Assembly: GCF_009914755.1 (NCBI RefSeq)
Contig: NC_060932.1
DNA: 64,000 nucleotides
Origin: the human T2T-CHM13v2.0 reference genome, Homo sapiens
Reading direction: 5' to 3' (one strand)
The notes beneath the pieces were generated by a model. The model worked only from the letters and a program-made list of their open reading frames with translations. It was not told the origin of the DNA and did not search any database. This document shows positions 58,301 through 64,000 of this stretch, in pieces. The position numbers and the translations under genes are program-made. Positions within the stretch are counted from its first letter, which is position 1; each line of letters starts with the position of its first letter.

Positions 58301-60077
58301 GGGGAGCTTATACCACTAAATGCCCACATCAAAAAGTTAGAAAGATCTCAAATTAACAACCTAATGTCACAACTAAAAGAACTAGAGAATCAAGAGCAAA
58401 CAAATACCAAAGTTAGCAGAAGACAACAAATAACCAAAACCAGTTTGAACTGAAGGAGATTAAGACACAAAAAACCATGGAAAAGATCAACGCATCCAGG
58501 AACTGTTTTTTGAAAAAAATCAATAAAATAGGATAAAGAAGAAAAGAGAGAAGATTCAAAGAGACACAATTAGAAATGATAAAGGGGATATTACCACTGG
58601 CCCCACAGAAATACAAATAACAGTTGAAGAATATAATGAACACCTCTATGAATATAAACTAGAAAACACAGAAGAAACAGATAAATTTTTGGTCACACAT
58701 ACCCTCACAAGACTGAAAGAAGAAGAAACTGAATCCCTGAATAGACCGATAATGAGCTCTGAAATTGAGTCAGCAATAAATAGCCTACCAATGAAAAAAA
58801 GCCCAGGACCGGATAGATTCACAGTTGAATTCTACCAAATGTACAAACAAAAGCTGGTACCATTCCTGCTGAAACTATTCTAAAAAATTGAGGAGGAGGG
58901 ACTCCTCCCTAAATCATTCTATGAGGGTAGCATCATCCTGATACAAAAACTTGGCAGAAACACAACAAAAAACAAAACTTCAGGCGAATGTCTTTGATGA
59001 ACACTGATGCAAAAATCATCAGCAAAATACTGACAAACTGACTTCAGAAGCACATAAAAAAGCTTATCTACCATGATCAAGTAAGCTTAATCCCCAGGAT
59101 GCAAGGTTGCTTCAACATACACAAATCAATAAATGTGATTCATCACATAAGTGGAACTAAAGACAAAGACCACATAATCTCTCAATAGATGCAGAAAAGG
59201 CTTTCAATAAAATTCAACATCCCTTCATGTTAAAATCTCTCAATAAAGTAGGTATTGAAGGAACTTTCTTCAAAATAACTGGAGCCATCTATGACGCACC
59301 CCCAGACAACATTATACTGGATGGGCAAAAGCTGGAAGCATTCCCCTTGAAAATCATGGGGACAGATGGATGCCCTCTGTCACCATTCCTAATTGTCACC
59401 ACAATGGCATTCCCATTAGAAATCATGGGGCATTCCTCTTGAAAATCAGTGCAAGAGAAGGATGCCTTCTATCACCACTCCTCTGTCACCATTTGTATTC
59501 AAGATAGTATTGGAAGTCCTGGCCAGGGCATTCATGCAAGAGAAAGAAATAAACAGCATCCAAATAGGAAGAGAGGAAGTCAAACTATTCCTGTGTGCAG
59601 ATGACATGATCCTATATCTAGAAAACATCATATTCTCAGTCCTAAAGCTCCTTAAGCTGATAAACAACTTTAGCAAAGTTTCAGGATACAAAATCAATGT
59701 GAAAAATCACTAATATTCCTATACATCAATAACAATCAAACCAAGAGCTAAATCAGGAACACAATCCCATTCACAACTGCCATAAAATAATGAAATACCT
59801 ATGAATACAGCTATCCGGGGAGGCAAAATATATTTACAAGGAGAGCTACAAAATATTGCTCAAACGAATCAGAGATGATACAAACAAATGGAAAAACATT
59901 CCATCCTCATGGATAGGAAGAATCAATCTTCCTATATTAAAATGGCCTATATTAAAATGACCATACTGCCCAAAGCAATTTATACATTCAATGTTATTCC
60001 TATTAAAATACCAATGACATTCTTCAAGAACTAGTAAAAACTATTTTAAAATTCATATGGAACCCAAAAAGAGCCCA
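55341..60077 (+). mobile_element. Older primate L1 (L1PA13-16/L1PB-like): 5'UTR, ORF1 (~56340-57380) and 3'-truncated ORF2
   Basis: MRKNQCKNPENSKS...AEMAEMTEIEFRIWIG ORF1 start; ATGATGACAGGAACAAATCC ORF2 start at ~57420; [14 protein letters not shown]. Confidence 0.9.
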
Positions 60078-60186
60078 AGAATTGCTTGAACCTGGGATGT
60101 GGAGGTTTCCATGAGCCAAGATTGTGCCACTGCACTCCAGCCTGGGTGACAGAGCAAGACATCATCTCAAAAAGAAAGAAAAAGAA
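60078..60186 (+). mobile_element. Alu right-arm fragment fused to L1 ORF2
   Basis: GAATTGCTTGAACCTGGGA...CACTCCAGCCTGGGTGACAGAGCAAGAC plus A-rich tail. Confidence 0.88.
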
Positions 60187-60496
60187 CACTTTATCCAACA
60201 ATAGTAGAATACACATTTTATTCATATACCCATGGAGGATTCATCAGACAGACAATATTCTGGGTCATAAAACAAACCTTAAAAAACTTAAAAGAATTGA
60301 AATTGTACAGAGTACATTGTCCACAATATAATAAATCTGGATACAAAGGAAAGATAATAGGAAAGTGTAAAATACTTGTAAACTAAACAACACATGCTAT
60401 ATGATAATACATGGATCAAAGAAGGTGGCTCAAGGGCAAACGATATATTGAACTAAATAAAATGAAAATGCAACATATCAAAGTTGATAGTATGCA

Positions 60497-64000
<3,504 letters not shown>

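Overview
This is primate (human-like) genomic DNA, rich in transposable elements, with no intact recognisable protein-coding gene. Bases 1-6 kb are an old antisense L1M element. It carries three later insertions: a processed IDI1 pseudogene, a 39-bp tRNA-Cys 5'-half retrocopy with a perfect 19-bp target-site duplication, and an AluY. Bases 6-40.6 kb mix unique DNA with MIR, L2, MaLR, ERVL, hAT and Alu copies. That stretch also holds a U6 retrocopy, a small CpG-rich element at about 26.7-27.1 kb between two convergent CTCF-like motifs, and a CpG-enriched minus-strand candidate exon at about 37 kb with possible upstream microexons. Bases 40.6-64 kb are a nested L1 graveyard. It includes a MER11 solo LTR inside a full-length L1PA4-like element inside an older L1, a THE1 element flanked by an anomalous 138-bp direct repeat, and a young L1PA lacking most of its 5'UTR. 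I found no clearly new multi-gene system. The best leads are the tRNA-half retrocopy, the 138-bp duplication, the candidate spliced minus-strand transcript and the CTCF-bracketed CpG element. Repeat subfamily names come from recalled consensus sequences, and most repeat boundaries are approximate.
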